Below are positions 8,688-18,159 of a stretch of DNA of 64,000 nt, in pieces (positions within the stretch are counted from its first letter, which is position 1; every line of letters begins with the position of its first letter). A program made the translations under genes and the position numbers. This DNA is from an uncultured Thermodesulfobacteriota bacterium (GTDB lineage: Bacteria; Desulfobacterota; RBG-13-43-22). The stretch lies in contig CAZVHO010000006.1 of the NCBI GenBank assembly GCA_964627515.1, positions 9,043 through 73,042 of the forward strand, read 5' to 3'. Below the pieces are notes generated by a model that did not search any database, was not told the origin of the DNA, and saw nothing but the letters and a program-made list of their open reading frames with translations.

Positions 8688-9986
8688 TTACCTTTTAAGG
8701 TTGATCAACTCCTGCAATAATTCATCCGTCGCAGTAATAATCCGGGAATTGGCCTGGAAGGCCCTTTGGGCCGAGATCAATTTAACAAATTCCTGGGCCA
8801 GGTCCACATTACTCAACTCCAGGGTATTGGATAATACCCGGCCCGTTCCGGAAGTTCCCGGGTTAGCGACTATGGCCTGGCCGGAATTATAAGTCTCTGC
8901 ATAAAGATTTTTCCCTAACTTGGCCAGACTGGTGGGGTCTATGAATCGGGCCAGGGCCACCTGTCCAACGATCCGGGATTGGCCATTGGTAAAGCTGGCC
9001 GTAACAACCCCGTCCTGAGCGATGCTGATGTTGGAAACCGCACCGGCCCCATAGCCGTCCTGGATTAGTTGGGTGACACTGAAGGAGGACGAAAATTGGG
9101 TCGTACCGTCGAAGCCGGTCCCGGCCGGGGTTTCCCCGGTTCCCGTACCATAGTTGAAGGCGACGGATTGCGGCGTAACCACACTGGCGCCGAAGTTAAA
9201 GGCTATGGGTGTTCCGCTGCCATCATCAACCAGGGACCCATCGGTACCAAAGGTCAGGCTTTGCGTTCCGGCCTGGACCAGCAAGCTGGAGTCGGCCGGG
9301 TCCTGGTGGACATAATTGACTGTCCAGGCCCCGGCTGCAGTCTTACTGAAATACAGGGTTACATCATGGGCTCCCCCCAGGGAATCATAGACCTTGATTG
9401 TAGTGGAATGGTTATAATTGGCCGGATCATTGGCAATTCCATCCCCATTCCCATCCAGGGTGAAGGCCGCGGTTGGGACGGTTGAAGAGGCGTCCAGATT
9501 GACACTGATCGTGGCTGTGGCCGTTGCATTAGCTGCACTTTGCTGACTGGAAAAATTCAAATTTCCGGTGGTTCCCAGAACATTCCCGCTGCTATCGACC
9601 ATAAAACCTTGTAAAAGGTAGCCGTCCGAATTGACCACATTTCCGTTCTTGTCCAAGGAGAACTGACCGGCCCGGGTGTAAAAATTGGAGCTCCCGTTAT
9701 TGACCATAAAAAAACCGTCGCCATCCACGGCCAGATCCAGGACACTGGTGGTCGTCTCAAAAGACCCTTGGGAAAACTGGGGCGAAACCTTGTTGACCGT
9801 CACCCCACGGCCCACCTGGGAAGATCCGGCTACCCCGGTCATGGTTTGGCTTAAAACATCCCCGAAGTTGACCCGGGAGCCTTTAAACCCGACCGTATTC
9901 AAATTGGCGATATTGTCCCCCACAACGGCCAGGGCCGTGCTGTTGGCACTCATGCCGCTGATCCCGGTATAAAGAGATGTCAACAT
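8688..9986 (-). CDS. flgE: Flagellar hook protein FlgE
   Basis: 432 aa with the N-terminal rod/hook motif MLTSLYTGISGMSANSTALAVVGDNIANLNTVGFK and the C-terminal SNVDLAQEFVKLISAQRAFQANSRIITATDELLQELINL. Confidence 0.93.
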   Translation of the reverse strand: MLTSLYTGISGMSANSTALAVVGDNIANLNTVGFKGSRVNFGDVLSQTMTGVAGSSQVGRGVTVNKVSPQFSQGSFETTTSVLDLAVDGDGFFMVNNGSSNFYTRAGQFSLDKNGNVVNSDGYLLQGFMVDSSGNVLGTTGNLNFSSQQSAANATATATISVNLDASSTVPTAAFTLDGNGDGIANDPANYNHSTTIKVYDSLGGAHDVTLYFSKTAAGAWTVNYVHQDPADSSLLVQAGTQSLTFGTDGSLVDDGSGTPIAFNFGASVVTPQSVAFNYGTGTGETPAGTGFDGTTQFSSSFSVTQLIQDGYGAGAVSNISIAQDGVVTASFTNGQSRIVGQVALARFIDPTSLAKLGKNLYAETYNSGQAIVANPGTSGTGRVLSNTLELSNVDLAQEFVKLISAQRAFQANSRIITATDELLQELINLKR

Positions 9987-10000
9987 ATTTCCAACCTCCT

Positions 10001-10381
10001 TTAAGATATTTTAGTGATATCGGTAAATAAAACCGTTTTATTCGTGTCAAGAGTTAACGTGGTACTGGTCCCATTGATACTGATCTCTTTTACTTTTCCC
10101 GAAGATCCATCCTGAAGGGTGACCGTTTTCCCGATAAGATTGACCAGCATGCCATTCTGGATGGAATTTTGGGAGGTCACCAAATTGTTAAGATTCGTAT
10201 TGACATTATAAAGTTGTTCTAAAGAACTGAATTGGGCCAATTGGGCAGTAAAGGCTGTTGCGTCCATGGGGTTTAAAGGATCTTGATTCCGCAACTGGGT
10301 TGTAAAAAGCTGTAAGAAGGTATTTTTATCCAAAGTACCGGTATTTCCTGCCGTGGTGCTTCCTGTAGCTGCAATCGTCAT
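10001..10381 (-). CDS. flgD: Hook capping/assembly protein FlgD (short form)
   Basis: 126 aa with the FlgD N-motif FLQLFTTQLRNQDPLNPMD. It sits between fliK and flgE. Confidence 0.85.
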   Translation of the reverse strand: MTIAATGSTTAGNTGTLDKNTFLQLFTTQLRNQDPLNPMDATAFTAQLAQFSSLEQLYNVNTNLNNLVTSQNSIQNGMLVNLIGKTVTLQDGSSGKVKEISINGTSTTLTLDTNKTVLFTDITKIS

Positions 10382-10391
10382 AGGGTCTCCT

Positions 10392-12167
10392 TCAAATGAT
10401 AATATGGATCAAATGGTTATTGTCGATAAGGGGACCTCCGGTGCCATCCAAGGCCCCCGGTGATTGAACCCGGTATTCGGTTTGGGTGGGTTGGTTCTGA
10501 TTTTGTTCTCTTCCCTGGTTTTTTAATGAAACGGAGAATTCCCCTATCTGCAATCCTTCTTTCCCCAATTCCGAGAGAAGCTGGGGAAGGTTGTTTTCGA
10601 TCAATTCTTTTCCGATCGAATCGTTGACCATGATCTGGGCATGGAGATGATGATCCGTCATTTTCAACTCGATGTTCAATTTTCCCAGACCTTCCGGCTC
10701 AAGAAAGACCTCCAGGGAAGAGGGACCATGTCTCTTTATCGTGAAGATCTGCTCTTGGGGAAGGACCATTTCCTGGGATCTCTGGAGGTGTGCCGCGGAT
10801 GGTAATTTATGAGCCGAGTTATTTTCCGGGTTAATCGAATTTCCAGGAGAACCACTGGTTTCAAAAAGTTGGGGTTGACCGGCCTCCACCTTTCCCATGG
10901 TCTCCTGGTTTTTGATCAAATCCTTTTTCTCCAGGCCTTCTTGAGCAGGGGCCATTTGCCTATCTTCATTGACCCTATACAGGGAGGAAATCTTGGTTCC
11001 GGCAGTATAATCTCCTTCCTCTTTTGCGTTATCTGTAGCGGGACTTAAATCAAAGGGATCGATTAAAAAGCGTTTTTTTTCTTCTGATTCCCCGGCCTTG
11101 ACGAAAACGCTATCCTTGAGAGAATCAACGGAAAACAACCTTTTCTGCCTCTCTTGGGACACAAGAGGGACGATATTTATATCGGCTTTGCTGCCTTCTT
11201 TATTAACAACGGGGGCGTTCGGAACAATCTCCTCCGTCGATCCCGGATCAATGGAGTCCGCCAAAGCAGAGTTTTTTCTCATCTCATCTCCGGCTTTGAT
11301 AATAATTCCATCACCGAAAGATTCAACGGGAAACAACCCTTTTTGTCTCTCTTGCGGCAGGAGAGGGACCCTATTTACCCCGGCATTGATGCCTTCTTTA
11401 TTAACAGCAGGGGCGTCCGGAACAATCCCATTCGTCGATCCCGGATCAATGGAGTCCGTTAAAACAGGGTTTTTTCTCCCCCCATCTCCCGCTTTGATAA
11501 AACTTCCATCCCGGAGAGATTCATCGAGAATCAACCCTTTTTGCTTCTCTTGCGGCATGAGAGGGACCACACTTACACCGGCCTTGATGCCTTCTTTATT
11601 AACAGCAGGCGCGTTCGGAATAATCCCATTCGTCGATCCCGGATCAATGGAGTCCGTTAAAACAGGGTTTTTTCTCCCCTCATCTCCGGCCTTGGTAAAA
11701 CTTCCATCCCGGAGAGATTCATCGGGAAACAAACCATTTTGCTTCTCCTGCGGCAGGAGAGGGTCCCAATTTAAACCGGCTTTGATGCCTTCCTTATTAA
11801 CAGCGGGGACGTTATCACCTCCAGCCTCTATTTTAAGTTCTTCTTGGGATTCTGACTTTCCCAACAAACCATCGACAGGATAAAAAAAGGGATCGAAAGC
11901 CTGGGTGACAGCGACCTGGCCCGAAGTCGGTAAAGGGAGGGCTTCCTTCGTTTCTTTTGATTCTTTTCCGGGTTCTTTTGAACCACCCGGTGCTCCTTGG
12001 CTTCCCTCCGAGCTCTGCCCCGTGCTATTGAGAAGCTTTGAAAGAACCGCCATTAAGAAATTTGAATTCTGGCCGTCCGTAGGGACGATTGGCGTTGAGT
12101 TGACCGAACCGGGGTTCCCTTTGTCTATCAGATAACTTCCCAAATCCATAACATTAACAGCCGCCAT
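10392..12167 (-). CDS. fliK: Hook-length control protein FliK with an internally repeated ruler region
   Basis: The C-terminal Flg_hook-like domain (LEVFLEPEGLGKLNIELKMTDHHLHAQIMVNDSIGKELIENNLPQLLSELGKEGLQIGEFSV) and the position before flgD support the call. The track start is TTG 12203. ATG 12167 (MAAVNVMDLG) is equally possible, so the start is uncertain. Confidence 0.75.
   Translation of the reverse strand: MAAVNVMDLGSYLIDKGNPGSVNSTPIVPTDGQNSNFLMAVLSKLLNSTGQSSEGSQGAPGGSKEPGKESKETKEALPLPTSGQVAVTQAFDPFFYPVDGLLGKSESQEELKIEAGGDNVPAVNKEGIKAGLNWDPLLPQEKQNGLFPDESLRDGSFTKAGDEGRKNPVLTDSIDPGSTNGIIPNAPAVNKEGIKAGVSVVPLMPQEKQKGLILDESLRDGSFIKAGDGGRKNPVLTDSIDPGSTNGIVPDAPAVNKEGINAGVNRVPLLPQERQKGLFPVESFGDGIIIKAGDEMRKNSALADSIDPGSTEEIVPNAPVVNKEGSKADINIVPLVSQERQKRLFSVDSLKDSVFVKAGESEEKKRFLIDPFDLSPATDNAKEEGDYTAGTKISSLYRVNEDRQMAPAQEGLEKKDLIKNQETMGKVEAGQPQLFETSGSPGNSINPENNSAHKLPSAAHLQRSQEMVLPQEQIFTIKRHGPSSLEVFLEPEGLGKLNIELKMTDHHLHAQIMVNDSIGKELIENNLPQLLSELGKEGLQIGEFSVSLKNQGREQNQNQPTQTEYRVQSPGALDGTGGPLIDNNHLIHIII
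11043..11813 (-). repeat. Four tandem 198-bp (66-aa) coding repeats inside fliK
   Basis: The unit N/D-xPAVNKEGIKAG..PL.PQEKQKGLF.DESLRDGSF.KAGD.GRKNPVLTDSIDPGSTNGI.P occurs at aa 131-196, 197-262 and 263-328. A diverged, shorter fourth copy follows. The periodicity is also visible in the antisense ORF 11098-11883. Confidence 0.9.
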
Positions 12168-12300
12168 AATCCCGATTCCTATTACTCTCTCTTTAAGAAG
12201 CAAGCCTTCTTTGTATTAAATCTTCAGGCACCAGTTGGCGCCACAACACATTAAAACATTGTATCAATTTAGCCTTTTGAAAAAACGTCAATTTCCTTTC

Positions 12301-12380
12301 CGTCATTCCCGTGAAAACGGGAATCCAGGTTCTTTTCGGCTCAGTATGACACCTGGATTCCCGTTTTCACGGGAATGACG
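12301..12380. repeat. Perfect 30-nt inverted pair of the GTCATTCCCGNGNNNNCGGGAATCCAGG palindromic repeat family
   Basis: CGTCATTCCCGTGAAAACGGGAATCCAGGT (12301-12330) pairs with its exact reverse complement at 12351-12380, separated by a 20-nt spacer. Each arm contains its own small hairpin. Confidence 0.9.
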
Positions 12381-12559
12381 GGGCAAGTGGGTCAGAATTT
12401 TCAAGTAAAAGCTTCTAATTTTTCAAGGGGCTAAAGTGTTACAAAATATTTTTTAGTGGCTACGGGCGATGGGCAATAGGTTAAAAGGTTTTCCGGATTT
12501 TTCTTTTCCTATAGCCTCGTGCCTAAAGCCTGAATTTTTCTATTTTCGAACTAAGAATA

Positions 12560-12574
12560 TCAATTCCCGTGCCA
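12560..12574 (-). promoter_or_regulatory. Candidate sigma-54-type promoter upstream of fliK with non-canonical -12 (TGGCAC-N5-TTGA)
   Basis: The minus strand reads TGGCACGGGAATTGA with exact spacing. It lies about 390 nt upstream of fliK. The intervening leader contains the inverted repeat insertion at 12301-12380. Confidence 0.3.
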
Positions 12575-12777
12575 ATCGTTCAAACGGTTCCTTTTGACGG
12601 GATAAATCCGGATCTTTATTTTCAATAATTAAATAAATATCGATAACAATATGAAAATATTTAAAAATTAACAGCTACAACGATTAATTAAACGGTAAGA
12701 CTCAGGAAAGGTTGAGGAGAATAGGGAAAAAATTTAAAACCCGTTTGGGAAATGGAGGGTTTAGACAGGAAAAGTTT

Positions 12778-13251
12778 TCATTTGATGGGAAGTTTTTTCT
12801 CGGTCCTGGAAATCCCTTCAGTAAATTCGGCAACTTTTTTGGGTTCCATCGTAGCTAATAAGGCCCCGGCTTTTTTGGTATTCATTTTGAAGAGTATTTG
12901 AATGGCCAGGGACTTTTCGAGGCCGGCCAGTCTGACAGCCCCTTCTTCCGGAGGCATGGCTTCAAATGTTTTCACCAGATGCCCTATCCGTTCCGAACGA
13001 GACTCTTCCAATTTCTTTATTCCCTCTTCGACCTGGCTCAGTAACTGGTTCAGCTTTTGTATCTTGGCATCGACCTCTTTTTCGATATTCTTTATTCGTT
13101 CTTCTTCTTTTTTGAGCCGTCCCTCTTTCTCGGTCAACTCTTGGCGTTTCTGTTCAACAGATTTGGCTGAATCCTCCAGCCCATAGGCGGTCGAATGTAT
13201 TGAGACCAGCAGCCCCATCCCCATTAATAAGACAAATCGCATCCAGCTCAT
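12778..13251 (-). CDS. MotE/MgtE-N-like flagellar accessory protein (secreted or membrane-anchored, coiled coil)
   Basis: 157 aa with an N-terminal hydrophobic segment and a K/E-rich coiled coil. The C-terminal AVRLAGLEKSLAIQILFKMNTKKAGALLATMEPKKVAEF resembles the MgtE-N/MotE fold. It occupies the fliJ-fliK slot as in other fla operons. Assignment is by resemblance and position. Confidence 0.5.
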   Translation of the reverse strand: MSWMRFVLLMGMGLLVSIHSTAYGLEDSAKSVEQKRQELTEKEGRLKKEEERIKNIEKEVDAKIQKLNQLLSQVEEGIKKLEESRSERIGHLVKTFEAMPPEEGAVRLAGLEKSLAIQILFKMNTKKAGALLATMEPKKVAEFTEGISRTEKKLPIK

Positions 13252-13694
13252 TTTCGTGACCTTTTCACCAGGCTTAAATAATCCAGGGACTTTTGCTCCC
13301 CAAGGTCCCCTTCCCTTTTTTCCTGGAAAACCATTTTATTTTTAAATACTTCGAAGGCCTTCATTTTTTTATAGGCTTCCAGAAGGACGGCTTGTTTTTC
13401 ATTTAACTCACGGTTGATACAGTCTATTTCTTTGTTTTTCCATTCGATCTTGGCAAGCAGAAAAGAAGAAATCCCATAGAGATAATCCACATCCTGTTGG
13501 TTAACAACCCATCGATTCTTAAGCCCTTCCTCAAAGCGACCGATGTTATCTTGAAGTTGATCGTCCAATTTGGTCAATCGGGTCTTTTCCTGGGTTAATC
13601 GGCTCTGGATTTGATGGCATTGTAACTCGATGACCTCCTTTTGGTGATCGAGCAATTCCCCGATTCTGGAAACCGTTTTAAGGCGTTGGCTCAT
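13248..13694 (-). CDS. fliJ: Flagellar export chaperone/stalk protein FliJ
   Basis: 148-aa all-coiled-coil ORF directly after fliI, overlapping the next gene by 4 nt. Confidence 0.7.
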   Translation of the reverse strand: MSQRLKTVSRIGELLDHQKEVIELQCHQIQSRLTQEKTRLTKLDDQLQDNIGRFEEGLKNRWVVNQQDVDYLYGISSFLLAKIEWKNKEIDCINRELNEKQAVLLEAYKKMKAFEVFKNKMVFQEKREGDLGEQKSLDYLSLVKRSRK

Positions 13695-13705
13695 GGGTTT
13701 CCAGC

Positions 13706-15025
13706 CTAAATTTCTTCAGGGGTATCAAACAGGCAGTAAAGCCCTTGCAGGCAATCGGAAAAATCTCTCTTTTCATCCATCTTCTGACGTAAGTATGCCT
13801 TCATTTTTTCGATCATGGCAATGGCATAATCGACCTGCTGATTCGACCCTTCTTTGTACATCCCGAGATTGATCATGTCTTCGAGCTTTTTATAGCGGGC
13901 CAGAGTCTCCACAAATTTACCGGCATATTCTTTATGCTTGGGATCGACGATGTCGGGCATTATTCGACTGATGGAATGGAGGACATCGATGGCAGGATAA
14001 TGGTTCTCCATGGCCAGATCCCTGGAAAGGACAATATGGCCGTCAAGGATGGCTCGGGCAGCATCTGTAACCGGCTCGGTCAGGTCATCCCCCTCCACCA
14101 GGACGGTATATAAACCGGTGATGCTTCCCTTCCCCCCGTCGTTACCTACCCTCTCCAGGAGTTTGGGAAGTAGGGCAAAGACCGAAGGCGTATATCCTTT
14201 GGTTGTGGGTGGTTCTCCTATGGCCAGTCCGACCTCCCGTTGGGCCATGGCTATCCGGGTCAAAGAGTCCATGAGGAGAAGGACGTCACGCCCCTGTTCT
14301 CTAAAATATTCGCCAATGGCCGTAGCCGCAAAAGCAGCCCGTACTTTGGCCAGAGGAGGTTGTTCGGCAGTTGAAACAACAACAATCGATCGCTCCAATC
14401 CTTTTTCCCCAAGGTCTTTTTCTATGAATTCCCTAACTTCTCTGCCCCGTTCTCCGATCAGGGCAATGACATTAAGGTCGGCTTCCGTATATTTGGAAAT
14501 CATGCCGAGCAGAACACTTTTCCCTACCCCGCTTCCGGCCATAATCCCCACCCTTTGGCCTTTGCCGCAAGTCATTAACCCGTTGATGGCCCGGATCCCC
14601 AAATCAATCGGCTCGCAGATTCTTTGCCTTTGAAGCGGATTGGGGGGAGAAGAAAATAAAGGAAACTCTTTCCCCCGTATGGGTCCTTTCCCATCCAAAG
14701 GTTCCCCGTGCTCGTTAACAATCCGGCCGATCAACTCGTTTCCCACCCGGATGGAGACCTTCTCTCCAGCCGGGAAAACCCGACTTCCCGGTCGGAGGCC
14801 GGAAAGTTCACTGGAAGCCATAAGCAATGTCTTTCCGTCTTGAAATCCAACTACTTCAGCTTCCAGAGGATTTCCGTGATCCCCATAAATCTTGCAGGCT
14901 TCCCCGACCTGAACCTTTAAACCCAAGGCCTTGATCAGGATCCCTGTTACTTCATTTATCCGACCGAAGACCCTTAACGGTTCGGATTGATTGACCGCTT
15001 CAAGATAAGGGTTTAAATCAGGCAT
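13706..15025 (-). CDS. fliI: Flagellum-specific ATPase FliI
   Basis: 439 aa with Walker A GSGVGKS, Walker B VLLLMDSLTR and overall F1-beta-like organisation. Confidence 0.97.
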   Translation of the reverse strand: MPDLNPYLEAVNQSEPLRVFGRINEVTGILIKALGLKVQVGEACKIYGDHGNPLEAEVVGFQDGKTLLMASSELSGLRPGSRVFPAGEKVSIRVGNELIGRIVNEHGEPLDGKGPIRGKEFPLFSSPPNPLQRQRICEPIDLGIRAINGLMTCGKGQRVGIMAGSGVGKSVLLGMISKYTEADLNVIALIGERGREVREFIEKDLGEKGLERSIVVVSTAEQPPLAKVRAAFAATAIGEYFREQGRDVLLLMDSLTRIAMAQREVGLAIGEPPTTKGYTPSVFALLPKLLERVGNDGGKGSITGLYTVLVEGDDLTEPVTDAARAILDGHIVLSRDLAMENHYPAIDVLHSISRIMPDIVDPKHKEYAGKFVETLARYKKLEDMINLGMYKEGSNQQVDYAIAMIEKMKAYLRQKMDEKRDFSDCLQGLYCLFDTPEEI

Positions 15026-15632
15026 TTCCTAAATGGTTCCTCAGTTCGTCGATAATATTAGAAAGTTGGAAATCGAGGTCTGTCTGGATTTCCTCGGAAG
15101 GACTGCAGACAATTGCTCCGCCTTCCGGGACATTATTATCGAGTTTAAAAATGAGGTCGGAAGATAATTCCAGGAATTCTGTTTTTTTCTCTATAAACAG
15201 CTCATAGAGAGAACGGTTTAATTTGATCGTAATCGGATCGGTTCGGCTTATTTTATTGATTGCCTCCTTGACCATTTTCTCAATGATCTCCGGTTGCAGG
15301 GAGAGTTCTTCTTTTAAAATTTTTCGGGCCATGGCTACGGCCAGTAAAACGACCTGGGGTTCCAGCTCAGACAACTGTTTTTCTTTTAACGTATTAATTT
15401 TTTTAAATAAATTTTCAAGGTCGGTAATTAATAGACTGGCTTTTTGTTTCCCCATTTCGTATCCGGCTTTTTCTCCGGAGGCATATCCTTTCTCAAAGGC
15501 TTGCCGTTCAATTTCTTCGGGATTGATCTTTACCGGATGGGCCTTTCCCGCCTTATCTTGGGAAAGGCCCTCCAAATAAGGCATGGAATAAGAGTCTACT
15601 GAACATTTCTTGATGACCTTGGTCCTAAACAA
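15018..15632 (-). CDS. fliH: Flagellar export ATPase regulator FliH
   Basis: 204 aa between fliG and fliI, overlapping both. It has a charged coiled-coil middle region. Confidence 0.75.
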   Translation of the reverse strand: MFRTKVIKKCSVDSYSMPYLEGLSQDKAGKAHPVKINPEEIERQAFEKGYASGEKAGYEMGKQKASLLITDLENLFKKINTLKEKQLSELEPQVVLLAVAMARKILKEELSLQPEIIEKMVKEAINKISRTDPITIKLNRSLYELFIEKKTEFLELSSDLIFKLDNNVPEGGAIVCSPSEEIQTDLDFQLSNIIDELRNHLGNA

Positions 15633-16608
15633 TGAGTTCTTCCCCCCCCCGTCCGGCGATCATAATCTTTCCTTCGGTCTCCAGTTTACGGGCGATCTTG
15701 ACGATGTTCTGTTGGGCCTTCTCCACTTCCGAAACCTTAGCCGGTCCTTTCAATTCCATTTCCTCCTTAAGGATTTGAGCCGCCCTCTGGGACATATTTT
15801 TTAAGATTTTTTCTTTTAAACTGCTGGAGGCCGTCTTCAAGGCCAGGGACAGATCTTCCGTTCGGATTTCCTTGAGAATCATTTGGATCCCCTTATCATC
15901 AACCTGGACCAGATCGTCAAAAACAAACATCAATTGACGGATGGAATCAGCCAGTTTTTGATTTTCCTTTTCCATCTTTTCCAGGATCATCTGTTCAGTG
16001 GAGCGGTCGCTGTGATTTAAAATCTCAGCCACGGTCTTGATCCCCCCGATTTTCCGCCCTTTGGACTTTTTCATCTCCAGTTGCCCTTTTAACACCTCTT
16101 CCAGTTCGCTGATGGCGCTCTCGGGAATATTTTCAGTGGTGGCGATCCTTCGGGCCACATCGTCTTTCAAGTGATCCGGCATTAAGGACAAAACCTCCGC
16201 GGCCTGAGCGGAATCCAGTAAAGACAAAATCAGGGCCATGGTTTGAGGGTGTTCGGCTATCAGAAAATTAGCCAGGGTCTTGGGAGCCATCCACTTCAGG
16301 GCATCTAATGAAGTCTCCTTGGCGGCCAGTTCCAAAATCTTGCCGGCATTTTCCTCACCCAACCCCTTCTTCAAGACCTTTTTGACAAAATCTCCACCGG
16401 TAAGAGGCATGTCCCCGTTGTTTATTCTCCCGTTCACTTCCTGGATGATCTCATCCACATCCTGTTTTTTGATCGTTTTTAATCGGGTGATGCAGGTGCT
16501 GATCATGCCCACCTGATGTACTTCCAGATTTTTCATGATCTCGGCAGCGGCTTCCTCTCCGATAGATAATAAAAAAATGGCCGCTTTTTCAATACCGCTG
16601 TAAGCCAC
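15625..16608 (-). CDS. fliG: Flagellar rotor/switch protein FliG
   Basis: 327 aa with EHPQTMALILS and the MFVFDDL torque-helix region (IRQLMFVFDDLVQ). Confidence 0.95.
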   Translation of the reverse strand: MAYSGIEKAAIFLLSIGEEAAAEIMKNLEVHQVGMISTCITRLKTIKKQDVDEIIQEVNGRINNGDMPLTGGDFVKKVLKKGLGEENAGKILELAAKETSLDALKWMAPKTLANFLIAEHPQTMALILSLLDSAQAAEVLSLMPDHLKDDVARRIATTENIPESAISELEEVLKGQLEMKKSKGRKIGGIKTVAEILNHSDRSTEQMILEKMEKENQKLADSIRQLMFVFDDLVQVDDKGIQMILKEIRTEDLSLALKTASSSLKEKILKNMSQRAAQILKEEMELKGPAKVSEVEKAQQNIVKIARKLETEGKIMIAGRGGEELIV

Positions 16609-16611
16609 CGG

Positions 16612-18150
16612 TTATTCCTCCGTCCAACCTTTAATGAGGGAAGCGGCTTGATCCGGATTTTTCTTGGCCCAATCGCGGACATCCTCTTCCATGGTTAAGG
16701 CTTTGGGTTTAGGGGAATCCATCCTCCTTTCAATCTCGGCCACGGTTTGGGGAAGGGCTAAAGAGCGGCCCCTGGAATCGGGGGTGGAAGGAACCAGCAA
16801 TACCCTGGTCAACGGCTTCAGGATAAACAGGAAGATCAGAAGAAAAGCCAGCACCGGTCCGGCATATCTGGCCCCGGAAAGGAGGATGGGCCAATAATCC
16901 CTGGCGGGTTCAGGCAAATCTTCCATTGATGCCACTTCAAAAGGCATGTTGACTACCCGGACCTCGTCACCCCTTTCCTGGGAAAAACCAACGGCCTTTT
17001 TAATCAGATCTTCATAGCGCTTGATCTCTTCTTCAGTCCTTGCCGTATATTTTTTTATTTTACTCCCTTGAGGGGCCGCGTACGACCCATCGACCACCAC
17101 GGCCACAGAAATTTTTTTCAATTCCTGGGACGGACTGATCACCCGACTAACGGTTTTACTGAGTTCATAATTAACCACTTCGTTCTGTTTTTGAACAGAT
17201 CCCCCGGAGGAAGTTGTTTGAGGGGGCTTTTTATTGGGAAGGTTGGATGTCGCTCCAGGGACCCCCCCGGAAAGGCCGGAGATCGATTTTTCCTGATTCT
17301 TTTGTTCGCTCCGGACCACCTGGCCGTTGGGGTCAAATTTTTCTTCGGTTTTTTCCGTTCGTGTAAAATCAAGGGTGGCAAAAACCTTGGCTTTGACCTT
17401 ATCTCTGCCGGTGATCGGTTCCAGGATATGGACCACGTGTGACTCAAGTTCTTTCTCATAATTGCGTTGCAATTCCAATTGGTTATTACTAAGCTGCAAA
17501 GTGTCGCCCTGGGTCGGACGGGTCAGCATGCCGCCCTGATTATCAATGACGGTTATTCCCTGGGGCATTAACCCTTCCACACTGCTGGAGATGAGATGCA
17601 CAATCCCTTGTACCTGATTCTGTGATAAGGCCCTTCCCGGCCTCAACTTTACCATGACCGAGGCGCTGGGTTTGGATTCCCTTTCCATAAAAAGATTTTT
17701 TTCCGGTACTGCCAAATGGACCCGGCAGCTCTCTATTTCCGGAAGGGCTTGGATGGTCCGGGAAAGTTCCCCTTGTAACGCCCTGCGATAATTTAGTTTC
17801 TGGACAAAGTCCGAGGTCCCGAAATTGGTTTTATCAAAAATTTCAAAGCCTATCCCTCCCCCCTGAGGCAGGCCTTGGGCGGCCAATTGAAGTCTGGCCT
17901 CATAAACTTTTTCAACCGGGACCAGAATCCCTCCCCCCGCGACCTGATAAGGCACCTTGAGTTCCTTTAATTTTTGGATAATCTGTCCGGAATCTGCTTC
18001 ACTGATATTGGAGAAAAGGATCTGGTAGTTGGATTTCTGCGACCAGGAGAAGACAAATATCAAGCTGGCCACCCCTACTCCGATTAAAACCAAAAGGCTT
18101 ATTTTCTTTTTTATCGGCCAATTGGTTATGGTCTCTATTAAATTTTCCAC
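16612..18150 (-). CDS. fliF: Flagellar MS-ring protein FliF
   Basis: 512 aa with a GTG start preceded by AGGGGA. Two TM segments flank the ring-building domains (ILFSNISEADSGQIIQKLKELKVPYQV). Confidence 0.93.
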   Translation of the reverse strand: MENLIETITNWPIKKKISLLVLIGVGVASLIFVFSWSQKSNYQILFSNISEADSGQIIQKLKELKVPYQVAGGGILVPVEKVYEARLQLAAQGLPQGGGIGFEIFDKTNFGTSDFVQKLNYRRALQGELSRTIQALPEIESCRVHLAVPEKNLFMERESKPSASVMVKLRPGRALSQNQVQGIVHLISSSVEGLMPQGITVIDNQGGMLTRPTQGDTLQLSNNQLELQRNYEKELESHVVHILEPITGRDKVKAKVFATLDFTRTEKTEEKFDPNGQVVRSEQKNQEKSISGLSGGVPGATSNLPNKKPPQTTSSGGSVQKQNEVVNYELSKTVSRVISPSQELKKISVAVVVDGSYAAPQGSKIKKYTARTEEEIKRYEDLIKKAVGFSQERGDEVRVVNMPFEVASMEDLPEPARDYWPILLSGARYAGPVLAFLLIFLFILKPLTRVLLVPSTPDSRGRSLALPQTVAEIERRMDSPKPKALTMEEDVRDWAKKNPDQAASLIKGWTEE

Positions 18151-18159
18151 CTTTATCCC

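Noticed and set aside
12540-12554. TTAGTTCGAAAATAG box read as a sigma-28 -10 or sigma-70 -10 element
   Set aside because: No TAAA lies 15-16 nt upstream and no consistent TTGACA-like -35 lies 16-18 nt upstream across the copies. Only the 25.8-kb and 39.07-kb variants (TGCGAAAAT) fit an extended -10.
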